This document shows positions 19,706-28,771 of a DNA stretch of 64,000 bases, piece after piece. Position 1 is the stretch's first letter; each line of letters begins with the position of its first letter. The DNA is taken from contig WRBD01000002.1 in NCBI GenBank assembly GCA_009779835.1, positions 20,622 through 84,621 of the forward strand, read 5' to 3'. The notes beneath the pieces were generated by a model. The model had not been told where the DNA came from and made no database searches. It saw nothing but the letters and a program-made list of their open reading frames with translations. Made by a program: the position numbers and the translations under genes. Source of the DNA: Defluviitaleaceae bacterium (lineage in GTDB: Bacteria > Bacillota > Clostridia > Lachnospirales > WQUN01).

Positions 19706-22700
19706 GCCAAAACTTCTTTCTCCCGTGTGAAAACTTCAATCATTGTTCGGTAGAAAATTCTTTTTAAAATACCGTCACGCTCGTCGTTGAATGTTTTTTC
19801 CAGCAATTCGAGTTTATTTGTGTAGCTTTCGATGTAACCGTCGATTATTTTGCCGAGTTGTTCAAACTGCGCGTCGGTTAAATCATTTTCCTCTTCCTGT
19901 GCGCGTTTTTGAAGATGCGCGGAAACATTTTCGTCTAAATTCATATATGCCTTGAAAACATCGTAATCTACAAATTGCTCAGCAAGATTTTGCATCGTGT
20001 GCAATATATGCGATTCACCGTCTATCGTGTAGCGGTAAGTCTTGCGGTTTTTTGAAATTACGCCCATGTATAAAAGTTGCGCAAAATGGCTGTATTTTAT
20101 TTCGCTTAAATCAATTCTGGAAAGCTCTTCGCGCAAAGCCGCCACATATTCACGAGTTTTCACCTCGTTTGCAACGTGTTCGCAAAGACGCGGCATATAA
20201 ATAAACACACCTTTTGCGTATTCGATATCCGGCGTATCGCTTTCGGTTAAATATTCCGTGTCGAAAAGCGGTTTATAATACTTTTCACGCGCTGAATCCG
20301 CCAAAAATTCGTTTAACTCGGAAATTGCCGCACGTGCTTGTGCCGCGCTAAAAGTTTTTTCTGTAATGCCCGTTTCAATGTGCGAAAACTTTTCGCTTAA
20401 GTCCACGCGGTCCCCGAAAAATCCAAAAAAACAGCGCGTACGTTCTTCCAAACGGATAATCTTATAATCCAGCGCACATTCAAAAAGATTACGTAAGCGA
20501 TTATTTCTTAAACGCTCGCGGTTGTTTTCGTAATCGGTAGTCCATAATTTATCGTAGTTAGGTGAAGGCAGTTCCTTCCAATTACGTTCGTTGCATTCGT
20601 ATAAATGCAAGCCCGCGATTTTATTCAGCGACGTTTCGTAAACTGCTTCGTACTCATTTAATTCCGTGTAACAGTACAGCGGCACCGCGATTTTCAAATT
20701 AAGCATATATAAACGATTATTCATTTTGCTTGATTTTGTATTGGAAACGCGCCCGGATGTGTTCATTTGGCGCACAATTCCGCGAATTTGCGGCGCATTG
20801 TGAGGCACGGAAAGATACGAATACGGCGGAAAAACAATATGCAAGCCTCCGGGTACGTGGTTTATCGGGAACATAACCTTAGCGCCTTCATGAAGTTCAT
20901 TTATTTTTTCCGTGATATACACTTCGAGATTTTCTTCTTTTGTTGACGCCATTAAATTACAATAATGGTCAAGCGATTTATAAACAACAGTTTGGAATTG
21001 CTGCGTTATAAATTCGTTTAAATTATCAACAATTTGCGCGCCGCCAATGTCGCTCCAGCCGGCAAGCATATCTTTTAACAACCGCTTGATTGCTTGCTTG
21101 TAGTCTAGTGACTTTACAGCTTCTTCATCTTTTTCAAATGCTTCACAAAATTCTTTAGCACCCGCTAAATTTTTCGCGAAATTTTCATTTTGGTCGGGTG
21201 AATTTTGCGCGTTTTTGAATTTATCAAATAGCTCTTTAAGCGCGTTTAAAATTTCGCAAAGCGTATCAACGGTTTGCTCTGAAAATTCACTAAGCTTTGC
21301 AAGCACCGCTTCGTATATTCTGTCAATTGCATCGTACATCAGGTTTTTTCCGCAAGCGCGTAAATAATTTTCACTTGTTTCAATTACACTTTCCGATAAC
21401 GATTTTTTCCCTAATCCAATCAACGATTTTTTCAAAAGCTTCGCCATAAGTGCTTGGCGCGAAATATCCATCGCTGCCAAATTGTCGCGATGTTCGCGTT
21501 TTTGAGAAATATCACGTTTGCGCAACGTGTCAATTGCACGGTTAGCGGAAGCTTCGTGAAGGTCTGAAAGCATTCTCAACGTATAAAACGGTCCGCGCTC
21601 CAAATCGGAAAAATCTTGGGAAAGCGCGGTTTCGTTAAAGCTTGCGATTACCGCGTCCGCCGCGCTGTCGTAGTGGTCTTTCAAGCGGTTTAACTCGCTT
21701 TTTATTGCGTCTTCAATAATTTCGGGGCGTTGCTGCAAGACTATATGGTCGTATTGCTTGAAACTTCGCGGCTTAGGTTTATCCGTCGAAAGAACCCTTT
21801 CAAGCGTCGGCAAATCAATTTTAAGAGTTTCAAGCGCAAGTTTTCCGTCTTCAATTGTAGGACTTTTTTCGGCAAGCGGCTCAAGTTCCGCAAACATTTT
21901 CGATGCAAGATAATTTAACAAATATTCAATCGGAAGTGATGCGCTTGATGCGCCAATCGTGTTGTAAATATAGTTCACCGGCTGTTTTTGACTGTGCGTC
22001 ATTAAAAACGCGGCTTTATTATTTTCGATATTAGAAAGATACGAACTAATTGTATAACTTTGCCCATCCGTAACTTCTTCGCTTGCGATAAAATTTATAA
22101 TTGTTTCAGCGGCTACATTCATACAATAATTTTTCGCGGCAGGAACAAGCTTGCCGTGTTCGTCCTTCGCGCTTACAAGATGACACAAATCATATGGCGG
22201 TTCGTTTGTTTTTATTTCAAGATCAGCGAAAGTTTGCTCGAAAGTATCGCCGTTGCGCTCGATATTCATTAGATAATCAAGCTCTTTCAGCGCGGCAAAC
22301 CCGTTTGCTTTAATATTCAACGCGGCAGAACCATCAATCATGCTGTCCGAAAGCGTGACATCCGGCAGAAAAACCATTCCGATATTTTCTGTTTCAAATC
22401 CTTTTTGTTCCGCAATTTTCCGCACAATATACGGTACGTCAATAAAAACGCCGCTTCCCGTGCCGCCCGCACAGCCGGATAAAATAAATACATATAAAAG
22501 ATCATTTGATTTCCTGTTCACCGTCAAGCGGTTAATTTTTTCTGTTATAAGGCTGATTACGCGGTTGCTGTTAATCGTAAGCAAAAGCCGCCCCGCTTGC
22601 CGGATTCCACCCGCGCCGTGCTTTACCTGCTGTAAACGCAAATTACCCGCGATCCAGCTTTGCGTCGAATCTTTAAAAACTGTTTCGCGGTTTTTATAAA

Positions 22701-23040
22701 CCGAAGTTAAATTCGAGTTATCCAAAAGCAAAAATTCATCTTCCGAAAAAGACATTCCGTTATAATTTAAATTCAGCATATTATCGTCAGAGTCCAGTGC
22801 TAAATATTCAATTTGCGAAGGTTTATCCAATCTGCGCCCGCTTGCGGAGACGCCCAATTTAAAATGCCTGTTAACCGACTTTTTGACACGAATAAGAGCC
22901 TCCGCACCTGTACCGCCGAGGCCAATAATCAATATAGGTTTTTCAATTGCGTCCGTTCGCGTGCCTTGCGTAGAGATTCCGCCGCCGTACTCGCTGTCCA
23001 AAGCTTGCAGTTCGACCTTTATTTCGGAGGATAATTTCAT
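19702..23040 (-). CDS. Giant tubulin/FtsZ-superfamily-like GTPase (about 1110 aa) with long helical C-terminal extension
   Basis: Contains ILIIGLGGTGAEA (T1-like, nt 22906-22923), HGAGGIRQAGR (T3-like) and SGCAGGTGSGVFID (T4 tubulin signature, nt 22450-22470), in canonical order and spacing. I prefer ATG 23040, 7 nt after AAGGGTG; the ORF track begins at TTG 23046. Confidence 0.75.
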   Translation of the reverse strand: MKLSSEIKVELQALDSEYGGGISTQGTRTDAIEKPILIIGLGGTGAEALIRVKKSVNRHFKLGVSASGRRLDKPSQIEYLALDSDDNMLNLNYNGMSFSEDEFLLLDNSNLTSVYKNRETVFKDSTQSWIAGNLRLQQVKHGAGGIRQAGRLLLTINSNRVISLITEKINRLTVNRKSNDLLYVFILSGCAGGTGSGVFIDVPYIVRKIAEQKGFETENIGMVFLPDVTLSDSMIDGSAALNIKANGFAALKELDYLMNIERNGDTFEQTFADLEIKTNEPPYDLCHLVSAKDEHGKLVPAAKNYCMNVAAETIINFIASEEVTDGQSYTISSYLSNIENNKAAFLMTHSQKQPVNYIYNTIGASSASLPIEYLLNYLASKMFAELEPLAEKSPTIEDGKLALETLKIDLPTLERVLSTDKPKPRSFKQYDHIVLQQRPEIIEDAIKSELNRLKDHYDSAADAVIASFNETALSQDFSDLERGPFYTLRMLSDLHEASANRAIDTLRKRDISQKREHRDNLAAMDISRQALMAKLLKKSLIGLGKKSLSESVIETSENYLRACGKNLMYDAIDRIYEAVLAKLSEFSEQTVDTLCEILNALKELFDKFKNAQNSPDQNENFAKNLAGAKEFCEAFEKDEEAVKSLDYKQAIKRLLKDMLAGWSDIGGAQIVDNLNEFITQQFQTVVYKSLDHYCNLMASTKEENLEVYITEKINELHEGAKVMFPINHVPGGLHIVFPPYSYLSVPHNAPQIRGIVRQMNTSGRVSNTKSSKMNNRLYMLNLKIAVPLYCYTELNEYEAVYETSLNKIAGLHLYECNERNWKELPSPNYDKLWTTDYENNRERLRNNRLRNLFECALDYKIIRLEERTRCFFGFFGDRVDLSEKFSHIETGITEKTFSAAQARAAISELNEFLADSAREKYYKPLFDTEYLTESDTPDIEYAKGVFIYMPRLCEHVANEVKTREYVAALREELSRIDLSEIKYSHFAQLLYMGVISKNRKTYRYTIDGESHILHTMQNLAEQFVDYDVFKAYMNLDENVSAHLQKRAQEEENDLTDAQFEQLGKIIDGYIESYTNKLELLEKTFNDERDGILKRIFYRTMIEVFTREKEVLA

Positions 23041-23056
23041 TATCAAACACCCTTAA

Positions 23057-25003
23057 TTAATTTTCAAAAGCGCGATAAGTAATTTCCAGTTTCGGAGATT
23101 CGCCCGGAATTGAAAAGATTAATTGCTGACCGTCTTCCCAAATAATTTTTTTCTTGAAAATTGAATTGCCATCGCCATCTGTTATATGGCATCCCGAGCC
23201 TTTTTTATGAAGTTGAATTATCGGTTGATTACCTTGCATTCCGGGTGATAGAAGAATATCCCATATGGGAATGCCCGATTGAACAAGTTTGTCTGCCTTT
23301 GAGCCACCCAAGCTATTGTTTAAGAATTCCATCAGCGACATTTCACCGGCGAAAGTGCTGATATCCGGGGCTTCAAGAGATGTGTAATTACCGTCGGAAA
23401 GTAGTGCGCGCAATTCTAAGTGACCTGTGTAAACGCGATTTCTTATTCTGCGAAGACTTATTACTCGTAAAAGTATTGCGGCAACTGCAAGCGCGACAGC
23501 TATTCCCATTAAAATAAAAATCATGGAACTGCCTGTTTCAATGTCTTCGGGTTCGGTTGCAACAACGGGCGAAGGGGTTTCTTCCGGTTCCGGCTGCTCC
23601 GGCGGTGTTTCTGTATCTTCAATTTCATCCGGTATGGTGGACGGAGGGGCAGGTATTTCCCTCAATACTTCCGGGTCAAAGGTGATGGAAAAAAACGCGG
23701 TGGTTTGCTCGAAATGCGGGTGAGATACATTTACGTTTACACGAACATCCTGCGGAGGGTCAAGAAAAAAATCCAACGTGAAAGCAGACCCTGTATTTAC
23801 CATCGGGAAAGTCGCAACAAGGTTATGTTGCATATCGTAAACGGCAAGCTCCACCGTCGCTCCATCAAAAAGCGGCTGAAAATGTGACGACGGTAACGAA
23901 GAAACAAACCCTGCCTGCACCGCGATTGGCAATGACGGGTCGAAGTAAAGCGCGCCGTCTTCGGCACTTGGCTGGGTTACGGAAAGCGAAACATTCACAT
24001 TATAATTGTAAATTAAATTTATTGTAATTCTATCTTCGGGCAAGCCGCGAACGTGAAGAAGCCAATCGCCCACCATAGGTGAAAGCACCTTAATCATGGA
24101 ATAACGATTGGCAAATGAAAGTGTATACGGTTCTTCACCGAGCGGCACTTCAATCCCGGACGGGTCGAAAAGGCGTATGCCCGGAATTTGCCGCGACGAA
24201 AGCATAATAATATTTGCTTCCGCAACAAAAAGGCTTGGAATAGGAACTATAACATCTGCGTAGGTTTCACCGTCGGCTACTATTGACGCAATCTCCGTGA
24301 TGGACGAGCGTATGTGCGACGCGAATATTTCATTAAAAATCTGCGGCAAAGCATCGGCTTCGCTCGCGATATAAGACTTTGCGCTTGTGCGCTGTGCAAT
24401 TTCATGCAAGAAAGGCTCATTTAAAGTTCCGTCGAAATTTAACCCGATTGTGTAAATAGCGGCAAAATCGCCGACATTATCAACCGCCCACCATGCGTCT
24501 TCGTATGAAGCTTCTACAGTGCGGTTGTTTGCCCAATTGGTTGGAAGTTCTATTTGTCCGTCGGTGAAAAGCAGAATCATCGGGCTGTTAGAGGGCGACG
24601 GGTCATTAATAAGCATTTCGGCGGCGGTTCGCATTGCCAAACCGATATCCGTCCAACCGTGATACACAAAACCCGAAATCGTCCGTCTTATATTATTTCT
24701 TATGGAAGGGTCATTTATTTGCGTAAGCGGCATTACAGAATGCAAACCGCCCGAAAACCCCACTATTCCGATACGCGAATTACGCGTTTCCATCATGTCC
24801 ATAAAAAGTTGCGCCGCTTCAAGAGTAATGCGTTCAGGGTCTGATGTACGCATAGAGCCGCTTGTGTCAATTACCAAAATTACGTCAATGCCATCTGCCG
24901 GGGCTTCTGCCACCGCCGGAGTATGTACAAAAAGAAACGCAAATAAAATAGAAACCGCAAGATAAACAAGCCACATAACGCTTTTTGCGCGATGACCAAT
25001 CAC
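23057..25003 (-). CDS. Single-pass transmembrane von Willebrand factor A (vWA) protein; first gene of the operon
   Basis: Signal peptide ...FLFVHTPAVAEA, then vWA with MIDAS DTSGSMRTSD (nt 24854-24868), a beta-rich region, a Pro/Glu linker, TM segment MIFILMGIAVALAVAAILLRVI (nt 23463-23528) followed by RRIRNR, and a cytoplasmic tail of about 130 aa. GTG start. Confidence 0.8.
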   Translation of the reverse strand: MIGHRAKSVMWLVYLAVSILFAFLFVHTPAVAEAPADGIDVILVIDTSGSMRTSDPERITLEAAQLFMDMMETRNSRIGIVGFSGGLHSVMPLTQINDPSIRNNIRRTISGFVYHGWTDIGLAMRTAAEMLINDPSPSNSPMILLFTDGQIELPTNWANNRTVEASYEDAWWAVDNVGDFAAIYTIGLNFDGTLNEPFLHEIAQRTSAKSYIASEADALPQIFNEIFASHIRSSITEIASIVADGETYADVIVPIPSLFVAEANIIMLSSRQIPGIRLFDPSGIEVPLGEEPYTLSFANRYSMIKVLSPMVGDWLLHVRGLPEDRITINLIYNYNVNVSLSVTQPSAEDGALYFDPSLPIAVQAGFVSSLPSSHFQPLFDGATVELAVYDMQHNLVATFPMVNTGSAFTLDFFLDPPQDVRVNVNVSHPHFEQTTAFFSITFDPEVLREIPAPPSTIPDEIEDTETPPEQPEPEETPSPVVATEPEDIETGSSMIFILMGIAVALAVAAILLRVISLRRIRNRVYTGHLELRALLSDGNYTSLEAPDISTFAGEMSLMEFLNNSLGGSKADKLVQSGIPIWDILLSPGMQGNQPIIQLHKKGSGCHITDGDGNSIFKKKIIWEDGQQLIFSIPGESPKLEITYRAFEN

Positions 25004-25048
25004 TCAACATCTATCCTTCCGAAAGGAAAAATTCGCATTATTTACGAC

Positions 25049-25077
25049 ATTGTAATATGTTTGGGAATTTTTGTCTA
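25049..25077 (-). promoter_or_regulatory. Promoter of the vWA/tubulin-like operon (TAGACA-17-TACAAT)
   Basis: On the minus strand, TAGACA (plus 25072-25077), an exact 17-nt spacer, then TACAAT (plus 25049-25054), about 45 nt upstream of the GTG start. Confidence 0.55.
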
Positions 25078-25083
25078 GTACTA

Positions 25084-25131
25084 CTGAAAAATCCCCCAAA
25101 TTTTCCGGGATGGAAAAAATGGGGGATTTGG
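25084..25131 (-). terminator. Terminator after the CAP-domain protein gene
   Basis: Stem AAATCCCCCA / TGGGGGATTT (25089-25098 / 25120-25129), followed on the minus strand by a T-run. Separates the upstream gene from the vWA operon. Confidence 0.65.
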
Positions 25132-25140
25132 GTATAGATT

Positions 25141-26811
25141 CTATTCGGGTTCTTCGGTCGGTGCGGGTGAGGCTGTTGGTTCGGGTGTTGGTTCGGGTGT
25201 TGGTGTGGGCGTTGGTGTGGGTTCCGGTGTTGGGGTTGGGGTCGGTGTTGGAGTGGGAGTGGGAGTGGGAGTAGGAGTAGGAGTAGGAGTAGGCGTGGGT
25301 GTAGGCGTCGGAGTCGGCGTTGCAGCCGTAAACGCTACAAATTTTTGTGTAACATATGCTCCTCCGCCGCCTGCGCTTGCAAAAGAGACACCTACACCGA
25401 CATGAGTATTTTCTGTGCTTAAGATATTGTTTCTGTGTACAGACGAGCTCATCCAGTTGCTAATGGTTGCCTCCGGTGTATTGTGATTGCGGTTATTATT
25501 TTCAGCCCACCTGTGCAAGTTGTTTATACCCACGCGGGAAAGCCTTGTGGTTGCGTTTGAACCGTCAGACCCGGTGTGGCTTAACATATTGTTTATGCGC
25601 AAATCATCACTGTGGTTGCGGGCGGCGGTTGCAACCCTGCTTTCCCAAATTAAAGGAGCAAGCCCGTTTTTCGACCGTTCTTCATTTGTAAGTTCAAAAA
25701 TTCTTTGTTCAAATTGAGACGCGGTTAACGGCGCGGGAGTGGGCGAAGGAGAAGGTATAGGTCCCGGTAAATTGGTTGTAGCTTGTGCGGTAGATGTTAT
25801 CAGATAGATAAAACCGCCTGAGCCATCCGCTCTGATATTTACACCTATGCCAATGCTTCGGCAATTTGTAGTAAAGATGGATGAGCTCGTGGTCATCATC
25901 CAGCTATCTACTACGTCCTGAGGGGTTATAATAGTGTTGCCGAATGTACGCTCTCTTTCGATAGACAGAGTGTTACCAAAAGCTATAACAGTGCCGCTGC
26001 TACCGCCATACGGCCCTACACTATTTCCCTGCGACAAATTCAGATTCACTTTAGTTTGAGTGTAGAAGCGGGCTGCCATCATGAGCCGCGTGTCTGTACC
26101 TAAGTGCCTGTGATCCCGGTCTGCTTGAATTTCGTTGATAAGGCGAATAACTTCACGTTCAAATTCGTTCGGGCCGCCAAGGTCTGTATACTCTTTTATC
26201 CATGCGGTCATTTCGGTTTGATTCAACTGCCTGTTCGGTAAAGTTATTTTAGAACGTGTTGATTCTACAACAGTACGCCAATGCTCAAGCGAACCGGGTG
26301 CAGGCGTAGGAGAGGGTGTCGGGCTGGGTTCCGGAGTTGGTTCAGGCGTGGGTTGCGGTGTAGGGCTTGGTGGAGCAACCGCCGAGTTTACAATAACCGT
26401 ACGCGCTGCGCTATCCCAATCCACGTTCACGCCAACGCTTTCAAGAGGAAATCTTATAGGAATAAGCGTTCTTCCGTTGAAAATTTGTGCGGGAACATCC
26501 AGAGGGTAAGTCATGCCGTTTGTCGTAAACACGCTGCTTCCAACGGGAATGGATACTATATAATCCTGGCTCCACATTACTACGGTTCTTATGGCTTCGT
26601 CCCAAATAACCTCGAAGCCAAGTGATTCAAACACTCCGCGAACGGGAACAAGTGTTCTTCCGTCAATAATAACCGGGTCTTGGTTTTGGAACACGACCCT
26701 TCTGCCGTCAACCGTAACAACTACGCCCCCCGCAGGTGACGCAAACGCCACAATTCCAAAAACCATAACAGCAACAGTAAAAAATAAAATAACTCTGCGC
26801 ATTACTTTCAA
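25141..26811 (-). CDS. Secreted protein: two stalk domains, CAP/SCP (YkwD-like) domain(s) and a C-terminal (TP)n tail
   Basis: Signal peptide, then [37 protein letters not shown] and [22 protein letters not shown] (stalk). The CAP-like region reads [16 protein letters not shown]...ARNHSDDL...SHTGSDGS...WAENN...[12 protein letters not shown]...HVGVGV. The protein ends in a TP repeat. Confidence 0.7.
   Translation of the reverse strand: MKVMRRVILFFTVAVMVFGIVAFASPAGGVVVTVDGRRVVFQNQDPVIIDGRTLVPVRGVFESLGFEVIWDEAIRTVVMWSQDYIVSIPVGSSVFTTNGMTYPLDVPAQIFNGRTLIPIRFPLESVGVNVDWDSAARTVIVNSAVAPPSPTPQPTPEPTPEPSPTPSPTPAPGSLEHWRTVVESTRSKITLPNRQLNQTEMTAWIKEYTDLGGPNEFEREVIRLINEIQADRDHRHLGTDTRLMMAARFYTQTKVNLNLSQGNSVGPYGGSSGTVIAFGNTLSIERERTFGNTIITPQDVVDSWMMTTSSSIFTTNCRSIGIGVNIRADGSGGFIYLITSTAQATTNLPGPIPSPSPTPAPLTASQFEQRIFELTNEERSKNGLAPLIWESRVATAARNHSDDLRINNMLSHTGSDGSNATTRLSRVGINNLHRWAENNNRNHNTPEATISNWMSSSVHRNNILSTENTHVGVGVSFASAGGGGAYVTQKFVAFTAATPTPTPTPTPTPTPTPTPTPTPTPTPTPTPTPEPTPTPTPTPEPTPEPTASPAPTEEPE
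25170..25320 (-). repeat. Hexanucleotide-period low-complexity repeat encoding (Thr-Pro)n
   Basis: Plus strand reads ggtgttgg / ggagtggg / ggagtagg units. The minus strand encodes TPTPTPTP...[18 protein letters not shown] at the gene's 3' end. Confidence 0.85.
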
Positions 26812-26995
26812 AAAATCTCCTCCTCATTTTTTTATATTCATCTGTATAAATTTATCAGTCTTTTACTAAAATTGCAACCATTGGAAAAAAACGTCAATAT
26901 AAGCGCGGCGCAAGTTTCGTTGCGAAAATTATGGCGAACGTGTTAGAATCGTTGAGAAGTTCGATGCACATTGGACTAAACGTGAGGAGCAAACC

Positions 26996-27685
26996 ATGTA
27001 TTTATATATCATTCGCCACGGTGAGCCGGATTACGCAACCGACAGCCTCACCGAAATGGGCAAAAAGCAAGCGTCCGCGCTTGCGGCAAGATTTTGTATT
27101 CACGGATTTGATGAAATTTACACATCACCCCTTGGCAGGGCAATTCAAACAGCACAACCTACTTGTGAACGCCTCGGGCTTTCATACAAAACTGAGGATT
27201 GGATGAGCGAGGATTTAACATTTGACGATTTATCAGCAGAGAATGAAAATGGAAAACGAGATTGGGCGTTTGCTTGCCAAAGCACCAAACTGCTCGACTA
27301 TACGGGCGAATGGTACGACAGCCCTGTGTTTTCAACCTGCCGTGCGGCGCAAAGTGGTTATACGCGTATTGTTGAATGCTCCGATGATTTTTTGTCTCGC
27401 TTGGGCTATAAGCGCGATGGGAAAATTTATAGAACTATCTCTCCAAACAAAAAACGAATCGCGGCATTTTGCCATCATGGACTTGGAACAGCGTGGTTAT
27501 CTCATCTACTCTCCATTCCGCCAAATATTTTTTGGTCAAGTTTTAATATCGCGCATTCAAGCGTTACTGTTTTGGAATTCAATAACTATCCCGACGGGTT
27601 CACCGCGCCGCAATGCGTTTGCTTGTCGGATATTTCGCATATTTACAATGAAGGGCTGGATGTTAATTCGCCGGTCTTTGGTTAA
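26996..27685 (+). CDS. Histidine phosphatase family protein (phosphoglycerate-mutase-like)
   Basis: N-terminal MYLYIIRHGEPDY (RHG catalytic motif), with a later HHG (AAFCHHGLG). Confidence 0.8.
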   Translation: MYLYIIRHGEPDYATDSLTEMGKKQASALAARFCIHGFDEIYTSPLGRAIQTAQPTCERLGLSYKTEDWMSEDLTFDDLSAENENGKRDWAFACQSTKLLDYTGEWYDSPVFSTCRAAQSGYTRIVECSDDFLSRLGYKRDGKIYRTISPNKKRIAAFCHHGLGTAWLSHLLSIPPNIFWSSFNIAHSSVTVLEFNNYPDGFTAPQCVCLSDISHIYNEGLDVNSPVFG

Positions 27686-27723
27686 AAATTGAAAAATCTT
27701 AGAAGCAGAAAGGATATATCCTC

Positions 27724-28557
27724 ATGGAAAAAACAAATATCGAAGTAAAAAACAATTTGAGTTTAGCAAAACCTATTGTTTTGGGCTTATGTATAATTAT
27801 AACAGCAGCCGCTTTGTGCATTGGCACTGTCATTTCGGTAAAAATAATAACAGCAGGTATTATTAATGCAGTTGAAGCCGCAACCGATGGTCTTGTACGC
27901 TTTAAACAAACCGGAGAAGGCGGCATAACCGCCACGGGTTCGGCTTCTGTTGATTTTAAATCGGATCAAGCATCATGGGGTGGTTCTTTTTCCGCGCACG
28001 GAAGCACCGCACAGGATGCCTTTGTTAAAATAAGGAATGATAGTGAAATAATAATGAATTATTTACTGGATAATGGATTTAATGAAAGAGAAATTGCTTT
28101 TCTTGCAGTAGATATCCGTCAACAATTCCGCTCACTATATTCATTTGAAGGAAATTATATGGGTGAGGAGCCAGCCGGCTATAGGCTCACTCAACGCATA
28201 TTTGTTTCATCCAATGATGTAGATAAAGTAGCAGAAGTATCTCGTGATATTACACGGCTTATTGAACACGGTGTGGAATTTTCCTCAGATGCACCGGAAT
28301 ACACATATTCCCGGCTGGATGAGTTGAGGTTAGCGTTAATTGAGGAGGCTACGAAAAATGCTCAGCAACGTGTGGATATTATTGCGGATAATGCCAACAG
28401 CAAAGTAGGCCGGCTAATCAACGCTAACTTGGGCGTATTTCAAATTACGGCATGGAATTCCGCATCAGAAGGTTTCAGTTCTTCGGGTACTTTTAACACC
28501 TACAGTATTTGGAAAACCGCTTCCGTTACAGTGAGATTGCACTATGAGGTTGAATAG
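27724..28557 (+). CDS. SIMPL (DUF541) domain membrane-anchored protein
   Basis: N-terminal TM segment, then ITATGSASVDFKSDQA... and ...ATKNAQQRVDIIADNANSKVGRLINANLGVFQI, resembling YggE/SIMPL-family organisation. Confidence 0.5.
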   Translation: MEKTNIEVKNNLSLAKPIVLGLCIIITAAALCIGTVISVKIITAGIINAVEAATDGLVRFKQTGEGGITATGSASVDFKSDQASWGGSFSAHGSTAQDAFVKIRNDSEIIMNYLLDNGFNEREIAFLAVDIRQQFRSLYSFEGNYMGEEPAGYRLTQRIFVSSNDVDKVAEVSRDITRLIEHGVEFSSDAPEYTYSRLDELRLALIEEATKNAQQRVDIIADNANSKVGRLINANLGVFQITAWNSASEGFSSSGTFNTYSIWKTASVTVRLHYEVE

Positions 28558-28622
28558 AAGAAATTGGATAGGTAATTGGGGGGGATTGGAAGGGGCTGCG
28601 TCAGGGACAAAAAAGTATTAAA

Positions 28623-28677
28623 GGGGCGGAGGAATTGACAACTCATCACATATTGAGAATGTCAGCTCCTCCGCCCC
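28623..28677. terminator. Strong hairpin between convergent genes (copy A of a repeated element)
   Basis: GGGGCGGAGGA (28623-28633) pairs with TCCTCCGCCCC (28667-28677). The stem is extended by TTGACA/TGTCAG. Confidence 0.6.
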
Positions 28678-28771
28678 TGTGTCAATCTATACAGTCATTT
28701 TTCTGTCACGTTCGCCGTATTTACCTTTTATCGCCAGCTCGGGTTGCGAGTGCGAACTTCGCAATCGTCTA

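Noticed and set aside
25205-25405. ORF encoding (Gly-Val)n
   Set aside because: It is the antisense reading of the (Thr-Pro)n repeat at the 3' end of the CAP-domain gene, not an independent gene.
27222-27692. 156-aa alternative-frame ORF overlapping the histidine phosphatase gene
   Set aside because: It lies on the same strand in a different frame, entirely inside a gene that has a clear RHG catalytic motif, and it has no motif of its own.
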